In this document: piece after piece, positions 63,601 to 64,000 of the stretch
Position numbering within the stretch: position 1 is the stretch's first letter
Layout: each line of letters begins with the position of its first letter
Translations under genes and position numbers: made by a program
The notes under the pieces: model-generated
Seen by the model: only the letters and a program-made list of their open reading frames with translations
Told to the model about the DNA's origin: nothing
Databases searched by the model: none
Assembly (NCBI GenBank): GCA_010356995.1
Contig: ML996694.1
Span: 743,224 to 807,223, forward strand
DNA length: 64,000 nucleotides
Source: Trichodelitschia bisporula
Lineage: Eukaryota
Direction: 5' to 3'

Positions 63601-64000
63601 ATGTCGGTGCCACTTTCAAAAGAGCTCTTCGACCTCACTGTATCGTGCGAAGACACTGTCGTCTGTATACATACTCTGGAATTACAGTATGGGAAGCCAC
63701 CCGACGAGCGAAAACTTTCCGATTTTCAGCTAGAGATTGAGGAAGTGTGGGCGTCACTGTCCGATTTCCTTGCCATATTCGAAGCTCGGCATGATGCCGC
63801 CGGTCAGGAGTCATATGCTACGACTATTAAGCTGCTCAGCGCATGTATAGAGTACTCCAAAGAACTCCATACTCATATGACGGATCTGCACAAACGCCGT
63901 TCATGTACGGAGAAGGAGTGGGAGGTGTTGCGCCTTGTGTTGTACAAGCTTTGGGATAGTCTTAGTGATATCGGACATCTACATATCGGATACTCATATA
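63601..64000 (+). CDS. Helical-bundle array copy 4 (runs off the window; absent from the ORF track)
   Basis: Manual translation from ATG 63601 is open to the window end: MSVPLSKELFDLTVSC...FQLEIEEVWASLSDFL...ACIEYSKELH...HKRRSCTEKEW. Confidence 0.75.
   Translation, partial: MSVPLSKELFDLTVSCEDTVVCIHTLELQYGKPPDERKLSDFQLEIEEVWASLSDFLAIFEARHDAAGQESYATTIKLLSACIEYSKELHTHMTDLHKRRSCTEKEWEVLRLVLYKLWDSLSDIGHLHIGYSY

Overview
This is eukaryotic DNA from a filamentous ascomycete (Pezizomycotina, possibly Dothideomycete; the taxon is inferred from gene content and short 41-70 nt GT-AG introns with CTRAC/CTAAY branch sites). I spliced the gene models by hand, because the six-frame ORF track splits or reads through introns. 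Conserved genes in order: Atr1-like DHA2 MFS transporter, MET2, VPS17, MEF2 (mitochondrial EF-G2), an OPT oligopeptide transporter, a bilirubin-oxidase-type multicopper oxidase, VMS1/ANKZF1, ITC1, an RRM-RGG-RRM protein, TAH18/NDOR1, initiator tRNA-Met, a GPI-anchored protein, a DNAJC9-like J-protein, STN1, PAB1 and a large hypothetical protein. Two accessory paralog clusters stand out. (1) At 48.3-52.1 kb, between STN1 and PAB1, three diverged paralogs carry motifs resembling a Pol-beta/AbiEii-type nucleotidyltransferase fold with degenerate catalytic residues, and a 21-bp repeat array lies between the divergent pair. (2) At 61.2-64 kb, a tandem array of at least four small helical-bundle paralogs loosely resembles SesA/HeLo-like domains, and at least one copy looks damaged. 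The multicopper oxidase is also unusual: it has an ~80-aa Gly/Met-rich insertion beside the T1 copper site, Ser in place of the conserved proton-relay Glu, and a GC-AG intron. No database searches were run, so all family assignments come from motif recognition.
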